A stretch of DNA of 64,000 nucleotides from a virus (lineage: Duplodnaviria; Caudoviricetes), in IMG/VR virus record IMGVR_UViG_3300026549_000045, positions 32,001 to 96,000 of that record. One strand, given 5' to 3'. Both the position numbers and the translations under genes were made by a program. The notes beneath the pieces are model-generated. The model was not told where the DNA came from, did no database searches, and worked only from the letters and a program-made list of their open reading frames with translations. This document shows, piece by piece, positions 38,400 to 47,567 of this stretch; the first letter of the stretch is position 1; every line of letters starts with the position of its first letter.

Positions 38400-38771
38400 A
38401 TGGAAATTACAAAAGACAATTTGCACCAGGCGATAGCAGCGCTTCGCCAGTGCGCAAAGGAGAACGAAAACAGAAACACCGACACAGGTGCTATCCGTGT
38501 AAGCGACCTTTGCAACGATGTGGCCAATTATCTGGAGAGTCAGAAAGATACGGAGAAGAATCTTATCAACAGCATTTGGCACAAGTACGATGATAAACCC
38601 GGCAATAAGCACCCCTACCCCGTCATCAATCCAGATACGCAGGAAATGGCTTTTGCTTACTACTTTTGTGGATGGCAGTTTGATAGAGATTACAACCCGG
38701 GCAGAAATATGCTTTGGCTTGACATTGAGAGAATTTTACCCAATGAGCCGACGTGTGAAGGAAAGATGTAA
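38400..38771 (+). CDS. Hypothetical protein
   Basis: Start moved to ATG 38400. Confidence 0.65.
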   Translation: MEITKDNLHQAIAALRQCAKENENRNTDTGAIRVSDLCNDVANYLESQKDTEKNLINSIWHKYDDKPGNKHPYPVINPDTQEMAFAYYFCGWQFDRDYNPGRNMLWLDIERILPNEPTCEGKM

Positions 38772-38787
38772 ACAATAGTTTTGAACA

Positions 38788-38940
38788 ATGAAGAATTATT
38801 TACAGCAACGCTTCTTGCGCAACAACCATCCGAAGTACCACAAGTACATGGACGAATGGATAAGCGGAGTAACGCCCGACCAGATGCGATACTTTGCCGA
38901 AGAGAAAAAGAGAATCGAACAGAATGTAAAACTGAATTAA
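38788..38940 (+). CDS. 50-aa hypothetical protein (not in ORF track)
   Basis: MKNYLQQRFLRNNHPKYHKYMDEWISGVTPDQMRYFAEEKKRIEQNVKLN fills the gap exactly. Confidence 0.6.
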   Translation: MKNYLQQRFLRNNHPKYHKYMDEWISGVTPDQMRYFAEEKKRIEQNVKLN

Positions 38941-38948
38941 AACGAATT

Positions 38949-39389
38949 ATGGAAGAAGAACAGAAGATCAAGTATTGCTTCGGGCTTAGCCAGGAGCGTT
39001 GCGGCACGGACACGTTTGACACGATAGACGAGCTGCTGAAGTATGCTGAGGATTGTTACAAGAATCCTGATGGCGATTATTGGGATGAAGATATGAACGA
39101 CTACACAGACGTTATCTTCATAGGCATTGCCTGCGAGGTAGAGCCGAAGGACGTTGCGCCATCGCTGGATTGGATTGCCGACAGCATGACGGACACGTTC
39201 TACTCTGAGCATCCGATTGACGATGACCAAGACGTACAAATTAACAACCGCAAGGAGGCTGAGAAGGCATGGGAAGAGTTCGTTACGAAATATTTCGAGC
39301 TGCCTTGCTCGATTACGGCTACGTGGATTGGCACGTATGACATCAAAGAGCACAAGTGGCTTGAGCGTTACGACCAAGAGAAAGCATAG
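38949..39389 (+). CDS. Acidic hypothetical protein
   Basis: Start moved to ATG 38949. Confidence 0.7.
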   Translation: MEEEQKIKYCFGLSQERCGTDTFDTIDELLKYAEDCYKNPDGDYWDEDMNDYTDVIFIGIACEVEPKDVAPSLDWIADSMTDTFYSEHPIDDDQDVQINNRKEAEKAWEEFVTKYFELPCSITATWIGTYDIKEHKWLERYDQEKA

Positions 39390-39392
39390 CCT

Positions 39393-40304
39393 ATGGGAGT
39401 CATGAGACAGCAGGGCATGAAGAAAGAGGAGTTGACTGAACTGTCAATACAGAAGCGACTCAACCACTTCTTTGCCACATATAAATACAAAGCAGACGGG
39501 CTGTATGTATTCTCGTGGGAAAGCGACAAGCTCATTTGGACGCGAAGCGGATACATCTACGAGTTTGAGATCAAGATAAGCCGCTCCGACTTTAAGAACG
39601 ATTTCAAGCATAAGAAAGAAAAGCATATTGTACTCGGTCAGGACTACACGGGCGAGAAGTTTATGCCGTCGTTCTTCCAACATTATGAGTTGAACAAGGA
39701 GAGTTATGCAAAGCAAGGCAAGACTCTTGATGACGTGAAACGCGGAGCCAAAGGCAGTGACCTGTGTTGCAATCACCGACGTCCCAACTATTTCTACTAT
39801 GCCGTGCCGACTGGTATGATAGAGCCCGACGAGGTGCCGCCATACGCAGGGCTGATATACATCGACAGCGAGTATCACTATGTGGCGCAGTCGTTCCGCA
39901 TCGTCAAGGAGGCTCCGTGCCTACACAAAACGAAGTACAAAGATGCAGAACTAAACCTTGGCGAGAAGTTCTATTACAACTGGCAGACCGCACTTCGCAA
40001 CCTGCACGACGCATGCAAGAGGGCTGAGACTGCAGAGGGAAAGCTGCAGCGAGAGTTGAACCGCCAGCACCACGACCGCACTTGGGAGGACCTTGAGCGA
40101 GACTTGGAATACAACAAGGAGCGTAGCGACAGATACAGCCGTTTATACTACGAATATCAGCACAATGCCCTCATCGACCGTCAGGAGATACGACTGTTGC
40201 GCCGTGAACTATTGAAGCTCCAACCCGATTTTGACTACAAGGCTATCGAGCAGGAGGCTGAGCGATATCACGGCAAGCGTCATACGCTCGAAGAACTGAC
40301 ATGA
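39393..40304 (+). CDS. PD-(D/E)xK nuclease-like protein (MmcB-like)
   Basis: WESD...YEFEIKISRSDFKND...NYFYYAVP...AGLI. Confidence 0.7.
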   Translation: MGVMRQQGMKKEELTELSIQKRLNHFFATYKYKADGLYVFSWESDKLIWTRSGYIYEFEIKISRSDFKNDFKHKKEKHIVLGQDYTGEKFMPSFFQHYELNKESYAKQGKTLDDVKRGAKGSDLCCNHRRPNYFYYAVPTGMIEPDEVPPYAGLIYIDSEYHYVAQSFRIVKEAPCLHKTKYKDAELNLGEKFYYNWQTALRNLHDACKRAETAEGKLQRELNRQHHDRTWEDLERDLEYNKERSDRYSRLYYEYQHNALIDRQEIRLLRRELLKLQPDFDYKAIEQEAERYHGKRHTLEELT

Positions 40305-40354
40305 CAGACAAAAAATAGATAACCCTATTTATAAACCCTTTAAACATTACAACA

Positions 40355-40828
40355 ATGAGAACAAAAACAGCAATTTGGTTTGAGTGCAAGATCCGCTATG
40401 AGAAAGTCATGGAAGACGGATTGCAGAAGAAAGTGACTGAACAGTATGTCGTTGACGCATTGTCGTTCGGCGATGCAGAGAACCGCATCGTGGAAGAGAT
40501 GTCGAGCTACATCAGCGGCGAGTTTGAAGTAAAGGACGTGAAGATGGCCACCTACAAGGAGGTGTTCTTCTGTGATGATGCAGATGCCGACAAGTGGTTT
40601 AAGGCAAAGCTCCAGTTTATCACCATCGACGAGAAGACCGAGAAGGAGAAACGCTCCACCGTTTACTACCTGGTACAGGCCGCTTCGTTCGACGGAGCCG
40701 TCAAGAACATCAACGACGTGATGAACGGCACGATGATTGACTACAACAAGTCGAACATCAGCGAGACGAAGATCATGGATGTGTTTGAGTACACTAAGAA
40801 GGAGTCTGATGGTGAAGACAAAGATTGA
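40355..40828 (+). CDS. DUF4494-family protein
   Basis: WFECKIRYEKVMEDGLQKKVTEQYVVDALSF...ISETKIMDVF. Confidence 0.85.
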   Translation: MRTKTAIWFECKIRYEKVMEDGLQKKVTEQYVVDALSFGDAENRIVEEMSSYISGEFEVKDVKMATYKEVFFCDDADADKWFKAKLQFITIDEKTEKEKRSTVYYLVQAASFDGAVKNINDVMNGTMIDYNKSNISETKIMDVFEYTKKESDGEDKD

Positions 40829-41126
40829 GTTCAAACAATTTCACGACGCTTACGGCAAGGCTTACGGAGAGAAAATCGACCGTATAGCCGCCGAGCGTGC
40901 GTGGAAACGACTCAACGACCACGACCGCCGTGCTGCCATTGCCGGCATTGCCGCCTATCGTGACTACTGCCGTAGCAAGGGCATTGCCATGAAGTACCCC
41001 AGCGGCTACCTGAACCTGCATAGATGGGAGATTGAAGAGGTGGATAATGGCGTAAGCCAAAAGACTACCGGAACAAAAACGGAACATTCTGATCCAGATG
41101 CCCTTGCGGATATGGACGAATGGTAG
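40809..41126 (+). CDS. Small helical protein resembling phage replication-protein C-terminal domains
   Basis: FKQFHDAYGK...AERAWKRL...KYPSGYLN..RWE. Confidence 0.6.
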   Translation: MVKTKIEFKQFHDAYGKAYGEKIDRIAAERAWKRLNDHDRRAAIAGIAAYRDYCRSKGIAMKYPSGYLNLHRWEIEEVDNGVSQKTTGTKTEHSDPDALADMDEW

Positions 41127-41134
41127 TAACTTTG
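41099..41134 (+). promoter_or_regulatory. Promoter motif copy 1
   Basis: TGCCCTTG-N20-TAACTTTG. Confidence 0.65.
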
Positions 41135-41162
41135 CAATGTATCACTAAAATCAATAACGACA

Positions 41163-41579
41163 ATGGCGAAACATAAAGACCTGCAGCCGTGGCTCGATTA
41201 TTTCGATATGCTGCACACTTACGAAGAGAACGGCTTCCTGCTGATGAAGCCTGATGAACACGAGGCTTATGTCACACAGCCTGCACTCTATACGCTGTCG
41301 GCGCGAGCTGCACGTATAGCCGTCACGCCCGACAATGCCGAACTGTTGCAACAGCAGTTGGCCAGCGACATGCCTGTCATCCTGCGTCGCCTGCGCGCTT
41401 ACGCCGGGTGGAAGAGTACGCAGGGTAGCGGCTATCTCGGTCAGCCGTTCTCGCTGCACATGATGATGCCTGACGCACCTTACGATCCGATATGTACTTT
41501 CCTGATGACACGCCGTCGCCATTGGTGGTGGCCGTGGCGAAAAATGGACTGCATCGAGATTATTCCTTACAATGATTAG
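41163..41579 (+). CDS. Hypothetical protein
   Basis: 138 aa, downstream of the promoter motif. Confidence 0.7.
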   Translation: MAKHKDLQPWLDYFDMLHTYEENGFLLMKPDEHEAYVTQPALYTLSARAARIAVTPDNAELLQQQLASDMPVILRRLRAYAGWKSTQGSGYLGQPFSLHMMMPDAPYDPICTFLMTRRRHWWWPWRKMDCIEIIPYND

Positions 41580-41582
41580 AAA

Positions 41583-41921
41583 ATGGAAGACAGTAGACAG
41601 TTTTATCAGGTCATTCACGACCACTACAACCTTCGCACCTCCGACCATCTGGAGCATGGCTATGAGGAAGAAAGCGAATACCGAAAGGCATTGCGTCTGC
41701 TGGTTGGGCGATGGCGCGACCGTATTGGCGAAGCTATCGACGAGCGTCACGAGTTCCTACTCCTACGCTTCCATGATACGCCAGGTGGCGTACCCGACGA
41801 AGCATGGTTGCCGCGTCTGGTGCTGAAATCTGTTCCGGTTCCCGACTACATGCTTGAAGAAGAGTCCAGTTCTTCAGACAGCATCAATGAAGAACTTGAT
41901 AAAGCCTTCGGTTTCGATTGA
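41583..41921 (+). CDS. Hypothetical protein
   Basis: 112 aa, last + strand gene before the terminator. Confidence 0.7.
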   Translation: MEDSRQFYQVIHDHYNLRTSDHLEHGYEEESEYRKALRLLVGRWRDRIGEAIDERHEFLLLRFHDTPGGVPDEAWLPRLVLKSVPVPDYMLEEESSSSDSINEELDKAFGFD

Positions 41922-41935
41922 AGGCCCTACCCTAC

Positions 41936-41970
41936 AAAAAAGACCGCTATCCCTCTCGGACAGCGGTCTT
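41936..41970 (-). terminator. Intrinsic terminator between convergent operons
   Basis: Minus strand GACCGCTGTCC-GAGAG-GGATAGCGGTC followed by T6. Confidence 0.8.
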
Positions 41971-42076
41971 CTCTTTAATAACTAAAAACCTAAAACTATA
42001 AATATTACTACTAACCTAAAACAATTTCTGTAATGTCGCCACATCACTTGCCAATGAAAAACACTTCTATTATCAA

Positions 42077-42454
42077 CTATTCATTACTTACATTCTCCTT
42101 ATCTTCGATGCTTGGCTGCTCTGTTTCCACGTCGCTCATGTTTGGCTGACGTGCGTCGCGGTCAAGCGTCATATTTCCCTGCAATACCTTTCCTGGGTCA
42201 ATCTCCTTGTAGCCACCGGCTACCGTCAGCTTGCAGACAATAATCATGCCAAAGGGCACTGCGAGCAACAGCGGATAGATGTCCGTCCACCACTCATGCG
42301 GAATGGCTCCACCTATCACCATGATCTGATTAACGCCGAATGCCGTCACCATGATACAGGCACACAGCACCACCAGCTGCCGAAAGAAGCGGGGCATCTT
42401 TCCTACCCAGCGTCCTTTCAGTTCGCTACTCTGTCGTTTTATTGTTTCTCCCAT
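42077..42454 (-). CDS. Putative holin
   Basis: RW..KMPRFFR followed by two transmembrane helices. Confidence 0.55.
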   Translation of the reverse strand: MGETIKRQSSELKGRWVGKMPRFFRQLVVLCACIMVTAFGVNQIMVIGGAIPHEWWTDIYPLLLAVPFGMIIVCKLTVAGGYKEIDPGKVLQGNMTLDRDARQPNMSDVETEQPSIEDKENVSNE

Positions 42455-42459
42455 AGTCG

Positions 42460-42870
42460 TTACTTCTTCTTTCTGATTTTAATTCCTTCGTCGTAAGCCT
42501 CTATCGTACTGTTCAGAGCCTTTACGTCAGACGATAATTCACCTATATACTTTACCATCTCCAGTTTGAAGTCTGTGAGGAGTTTCACTATTTCGTCCTG
42601 TTTCTTGGAGTGGCTGTCCTGTCGGGTATGGATTTTCTCAATGTCCTTACTGATGTTGTCAATGTCCTTGGCTACATTCTCCTGCAAGTGACGGATAGAC
42701 TTTTCCACGTCCTCTTTGTCCTGCTTGACGTCATCCTGCAAATCCGTGAGGGCTTTTTCCAATACCAGAACCCTTGATTTCAGTGAGTATCCTTCGCGCA
42801 ACAGCCATCCTATAGCTGCCAACGCTGCAGACAGCAAGATTTTCCAAATATCTGTAAAGATTTGATCCAT
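42460..42870 (-). CDS. Membrane-anchored coiled-coil protein (lysis module)
   Basis: One N-terminal TM helix plus heptads. Confidence 0.7.
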   Translation of the reverse strand: MDQIFTDIWKILLSAALAAIGWLLREGYSLKSRVLVLEKALTDLQDDVKQDKEDVEKSIRHLQENVAKDIDNISKDIEKIHTRQDSHSKKQDEIVKLLTDFKLEMVKYIGELSSDVKALNSTIEAYDEGIKIRKKK

Positions 42871-42901
42871 TTCTACTTTTTGTCGTTATATCGTTCTACT
42901 G

Positions 42902-42937
42902 CAAATATACCCATATATGTCTGCTGCGTCAAGGGCA
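42902..42937 (-). promoter_or_regulatory. Promoter motif copy 2
   Basis: TGCCCTTG-N20-TATATTTG on minus strand. Confidence 0.7.
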
Positions 42938-42938
42938 T

Positions 42939-44027
42939 TTAGCCTTCAAGCGCCAACGTTACCGTGAAATCCACATGTGGCATCTGCTGTTTTGTCTTGT
43001 CGTATATGTCGATGCTTTTCTTCGATGCCTCTACGATGACCGGCACATAGCGGCCCTTGTAGAGCATCCACCACTGCTTGGCCATCAGGAACTCCAGCGT
43101 CCACCATTCGGCCCAGTCGCGCGTCTGATACCCAGACGACATTCCCCAGCTTCTTCTTCCTCCACTTGCTATTGCCATGAGCGAACGTTCTGGCTTGAAC
43201 GTCGGACGTCCTGCGTGGGCGTACTGCTGTGTCTCCACCGTGATGTTCATATCCTCCTTCATCATTCCGCTACAGGTCTCTATGGCTCCGCGACGGTTCA
43301 CGAACAGGAAGTCAACATACGGACGGTAGTCACGCAACACAATGGGTGCATGGGCCGACTGTCCGTCTTCAGCCGTAATGGCTTTCGATGGGTAAAACAG
43401 CGAGCGCGTTGCACCCTCCTGTACATCTACCCACGATGTGATGCTGTCCTCTCCTACCAGCTCAGGTGAACTGGTTGGCTTCGTGCTGGCATCGCCATTA
43501 CGCAGATTCGTATGTTCCAGATGCGACACATCGGCATCTTCCTTGTTTGCGATCAGCGAACGCTCCATCTCCGTCATTCCTCCCAACAGGCACTTACCTC
43601 CAGGAATCAGCTTATTGCCATTGTCGTCTGTGCATTGCGTCGAGGTAAACACGCCTCCGTCGTCGCTCGAAAGGTATTCGGTGAATATCTCCAGCGTGTA
43701 CGAACGCATAGCACGCGACTGTTCCTTGGCCGCTACGCTGGTAGCGGTCGTAGCCGCCTGCGCCTTGCCTACTTCATCCGTATAGTCGTAATCGCTCCAT
43801 ATAGCCCGAAGTGCCGACTGGATATTAAACTCTATGCTCGACTGTCTGCCCGTGTCCTGATGGAAGTCGCCCACACGTTTACCGCCATAGTTCACGTACA
43901 CCCTGACGATGTTAAACGGTGAACTGGCTGGCCATTGGAGTCCACTGATATTGATGATGACGGGAGCATCGGCAAAGTACGTCTTGCCGTTGCCGAACAT
44001 CCCTGATACTGTTACTATGTTTGCCAT
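42939..44027 (-). CDS. Putative virion/tail protein
   Basis: 362 aa beta-rich; FLFVNRRGAIET, SSGY motifs; context. Confidence 0.65.
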   Translation of the reverse strand: MANIVTVSGMFGNGKTYFADAPVIINISGLQWPASSPFNIVRVYVNYGGKRVGDFHQDTGRQSSIEFNIQSALRAIWSDYDYTDEVGKAQAATTATSVAAKEQSRAMRSYTLEIFTEYLSSDDGGVFTSTQCTDDNGNKLIPGGKCLLGGMTEMERSLIANKEDADVSHLEHTNLRNGDASTKPTSSPELVGEDSITSWVDVQEGATRSLFYPSKAITAEDGQSAHAPIVLRDYRPYVDFLFVNRRGAIETCSGMMKEDMNITVETQQYAHAGRPTFKPERSLMAIASGGRRSWGMSSGYQTRDWAEWWTLEFLMAKQWWMLYKGRYVPVIVEASKKSIDIYDKTKQQMPHVDFTVTLALEG

Positions 44028-44036
44028 AACTTGAAA

Positions 44037-47000
44037 CTAAATATACATAATCTCCATTGTCACATTCCCCAGTCCTGTTTTGTTGTTAACGGAGTACTGC
44101 ATCTTGCGGATATATCCCGTGATGTCGCCGATAGTCACCTTCTTGGTCTTGTCGATGGCCAGCAACTGTGCCAGTTCCATGCGCACCGTGCGGTTGGCTA
44201 TGCGGGCGTTTCTGATCCAGAAACTGTACTCCTTGTAGAACTGGTCTATCAGTCCACGACCACGCAGATTCGGATTGCTGATTTCCAGATAGCGGCGGTT
44301 GGTGGCGCTCTCTGGCTGCTTCGGGTCAAAGTACGGATTCAGTTTCTCGGCACGCAGTTTCAGCGAGAAGCGTCCGTCCGTAACACCCAGTCCGTTGTCA
44401 AGATCACGCTCTGTAGCATAGCCGTAATAGACGGCTCTCAGATAGGCGAGGTCGCTCCAGTTCGGTGGGTTGACGGCATAGATGAGTCGCAGGTTATCGT
44501 GGTTCACAAGGTCAAACTGGTATTGGTTCCACAAGTTGAGAATGTATTCTTTCAGTTCTTCTCTGGTGTAAACCGACGGTCCCATATACGAACGGGTGGA
44601 AGATGCAGCTATCGGAGTGGCATAGACATTCACGTATCCTTCAGATGGAGAGTTGATGACCAGCTTGTAGTAATAATACTTGGCTTGTCGTGTCAGGTCG
44701 CCGCTGACCTCCCATCCTGCGTTGGCAAGTTCCTGCACCGTTACCGGCCATCTTGGGTCAAGTATGGTATTGGCCGTGTCAGGATAGCGCGAACGGATTT
44801 CATACTCCGCTTCTGCTGCAGAATCAACATGTATCGTTCCGTTGTAATCCCACTCGTTACCGTAGTTGTCGCAGGTGTCCGGGTGAGCAGAAACATTGCT
44901 GCCAGGCATCACTTCCCACGTATCGTTTCCTTCTCCATCGTCCGGGTCAGCCGTATATTCCACGTGCATATCGCTGCCACTGCCGCGCATAATGCCCAGC
45001 GTCAGACCCCAGTCTTTTGTCTCGATGGGTGTCACGCCATCGTCGTTAGGCTCGAAGTTGTCCTGCAGGTATAGGCGGTAGCCCTCGTTGATGTGGCCGT
45101 CAATATTGAAACTTACGGGCCAATTGATGTAAAAAGAATCATAGTATTTATAGTCATGACCGCCTTCTCCGTCGTAACCGTCTCTTTCTAACAAGACTCT
45201 ACTTGTAAGATTGATGTTCAGTCCGTTTCTCCTTGCAAACATATCCGATGCAATGGCAAATTCACCAGGCTTTACGATGCCGTCTTCCGACGTCATCTTA
45301 GACTCGGAACTCGGGCCGTGTTTGGCATACAAATCGTCAACATTGTACCTTGCATCCGAATCGTTGTATGACTTGATGTTTGGCTGACCTTCCTTTGGCA
45401 GATCTTCCAAGTCGGGACGGCGTGGCCGCATGGAGGCATCGACAAACAAGGCGTATCGCTGCTCCTCAGATTCTCCGTCGCGCTGCTTCTCAAAGTTAAC
45501 GTCGTTCATGATCGCTGGAGCAAAGCCAACCTGAATGGTCTCAATCGTTTCCTCCTCGCCCGTGCAATTGCCATCCTCTGCATCCATGTATCCTGCGTAC
45601 TCGAAGAGCGACGGATGCAATTCGTCGTATCGCTTTGCGTCTTTGTCAACCTTGATTCCAAATGCGTCGCCTGTCTTCGGGTCAACATAACAGGTCTTGT
45701 CGAACGCAGACACCTTGTGGATCAGACTGCCGTAGTCGGCATTCAGATTCCAATGCGAATAGTCGTGTTTGTCGCTGTCGTCAACCCATATTTCCTTCTT
45801 GTGTGGAAGTTTGTCGGCAAATCCCTTATAGTAGAATGTCGTGTCTTCGCTATCTCCGTATGTCATGCGGAAACCGCGAATACAATTCTCCAGCTTCCCC
45901 TCAGAAATAATCTCGCACTCGATATTCTGTACATCATCGCTACGGAAGATGTTACGCAGTAGCACAATGCGAACGCGCTGATAGTCGTCGCTAAACAGGA
46001 AGCGAACGCCGAAGCCACTCTCTATAGCCTTGATAACCTCGCTGATGTCCGCATTGGGGAAACATTCGCTGGTGGCAATGGCATCGTGCAGGTAGCGGTT
46101 TCTGGCCAACGACTTATTCCCGTTATATCCGTCGTAGTATGCCCTGACAGAATCGCTCATACCTGCTACCTCTTTCACTTTGACTATAATTCGCTCAATT
46201 TGAAGGCTTTCTATTTTCCTGTCTATTGCTGTAACATCTTCTGGTGCGACGTCATAATGGTCGTATGAAGGTTTTCCAACGGTAATTCCGTAACTTGTAA
46301 AACCACAGTCTTCAGGCTTTGTTATTTTCTGAGGGCCATTGAATCTCTTGCCATCCTTTTCACCGAAATATTCAGGAACCAAGTCACCACCGCTTCCGAA
46401 CTGATACTTACCGAGCGACCCGTCGTATTTGTTCGGATTACGCAAATAATTCGGCTCTTTATAGGCACATTTAGTGTTGACAAAGAACAGTCGGCGAAGG
46501 TCTTCAACGTCCATCATCTGATTCTCGACGATATGAATACCAAGGTGCTTCATCAGTGATTTGAGCCAATAGATGACGAAGAAATTAGGTGCAGAGTTTA
46601 CGCGGTTGGCAGGCATCACGTCATAGCCGCGTTGCGCTTCCGGCTCGCTGGCGTAATCGTTATAGGTGCTTCCGTCCTGGTTCTTTTTTAAGTAGCCGGA
46701 CTTCTGATAGCAGAGGGCAATATTGCAGTACGGATGTGCATCGTCGTATGGTGTGTCGGTGTTCAGACAGTTTATCTCTTCGTCGTTGACACCCGTCTTC
46801 CAGTTGTCGAACTTTCCTTTTGGAAATACCATTCGCGGATATTGCTGAACAGAATTGCCGTCTTCTTCACCGTCAAACGAGAATGGCGTCAACTCTGGAT
46901 CTTCATCGCCAATCTCTACGGCATGAACCGTATGCGTAACGACCGATGGGTACGATGTGCTTCCGTCTGAGAATACAGCAGAAGCTGTGAGCTTCAGATT

Positions 47001-47444
47001 GGTACATGCCCAGCGTTTACGCCACAAGGCCACGCCAATTCTCACGTCGCTCATCATCGGTACCTGGTTTGCCTTGGCACCCTCTATCATCTCGTCGAAA
47101 GTTTTCTGACCGCTCTCAAAGCCCACGTCCACATTACCCTTTGCATCCACTTCCACCTCGTCGTCCAGTTTCAGATAGCCATAGTAGAGAGCCACCTCCT
47201 CTACCCACAAACGCGCCCGGCGCTTGTTGATCTGCTCATGCAGACGGCTGCCGTGCATGTCGCCTGCCGTGCCGAAGATGTGGGCATTGGCGCGGACGTT
47301 CAGCGTAAACGAATGACTCCACACGTCACCGCTGGCGAAGACTTCGCTTGTATCGGTAATCGTGATGCTGGCGTCCTCCGGCAGCCAGGCAAACTTACTG
47401 CCTGTGCCTTCGAGGTCGAAGATTTCAAGTCTGAGATGTTCCAT
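44037..47444 (-). CDS. Large putative tail/baseplate protein
   Basis: 1135 aa; LPEDASITI...WSHSFTL N-terminus; context. Confidence 0.7.
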   Translation of the reverse strand: MEHLRLEIFDLEGTGSKFAWLPEDASITITDTSEVFASGDVWSHSFTLNVRANAHIFGTAGDMHGSRLHEQINKRRARLWVEEVALYYGYLKLDDEVEVDAKGNVDVGFESGQKTFDEMIEGAKANQVPMMSDVRIGVALWRKRWACTNLKLTASAVFSDGSTSYPSVVTHTVHAVEIGDEDPELTPFSFDGEEDGNSVQQYPRMVFPKGKFDNWKTGVNDEEINCLNTDTPYDDAHPYCNIALCYQKSGYLKKNQDGSTYNDYASEPEAQRGYDVMPANRVNSAPNFFVIYWLKSLMKHLGIHIVENQMMDVEDLRRLFFVNTKCAYKEPNYLRNPNKYDGSLGKYQFGSGGDLVPEYFGEKDGKRFNGPQKITKPEDCGFTSYGITVGKPSYDHYDVAPEDVTAIDRKIESLQIERIIVKVKEVAGMSDSVRAYYDGYNGNKSLARNRYLHDAIATSECFPNADISEVIKAIESGFGVRFLFSDDYQRVRIVLLRNIFRSDDVQNIECEIISEGKLENCIRGFRMTYGDSEDTTFYYKGFADKLPHKKEIWVDDSDKHDYSHWNLNADYGSLIHKVSAFDKTCYVDPKTGDAFGIKVDKDAKRYDELHPSLFEYAGYMDAEDGNCTGEEETIETIQVGFAPAIMNDVNFEKQRDGESEEQRYALFVDASMRPRRPDLEDLPKEGQPNIKSYNDSDARYNVDDLYAKHGPSSESKMTSEDGIVKPGEFAIASDMFARRNGLNINLTSRVLLERDGYDGEGGHDYKYYDSFYINWPVSFNIDGHINEGYRLYLQDNFEPNDDGVTPIETKDWGLTLGIMRGSGSDMHVEYTADPDDGEGNDTWEVMPGSNVSAHPDTCDNYGNEWDYNGTIHVDSAAEAEYEIRSRYPDTANTILDPRWPVTVQELANAGWEVSGDLTRQAKYYYYKLVINSPSEGYVNVYATPIAASSTRSYMGPSVYTREELKEYILNLWNQYQFDLVNHDNLRLIYAVNPPNWSDLAYLRAVYYGYATERDLDNGLGVTDGRFSLKLRAEKLNPYFDPKQPESATNRRYLEISNPNLRGRGLIDQFYKEYSFWIRNARIANRTVRMELAQLLAIDKTKKVTIGDITGYIRKMQYSVNNKTGLGNVTMEIMYI

Positions 47445-47462
47445 ATTTACATTTATTTTCCT

Positions 47463-47552
47463 CCAATATCGTCATTCCGCACACAAAAGTCAAGGGCAAA
47501 TGGCATCGGTTCAGGTTGCCCTTGACTTTCTTTCGCCTATATAGTATATTGC
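47463..47552. promoter_or_regulatory. Back-to-back promoter motif copies 3 and 4
   Basis: Inverted repeat AAAGTCAAGGGCAA/TTGCCCTTGACTTT; each TGCCCTTG lies N20 from GATATTGG (-) or TATATTGC (+). Confidence 0.7.
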
Positions 47553-47567
47553 GGGAAAAACAAAGAT

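Noticed and set aside
44031-45074. Long antisense ORFs (also 1612-2586, 49500-50423, 62768-63610 and many shorter ones)
   Set aside because: Shadows of well-supported genes on the opposite strand, with no motifs
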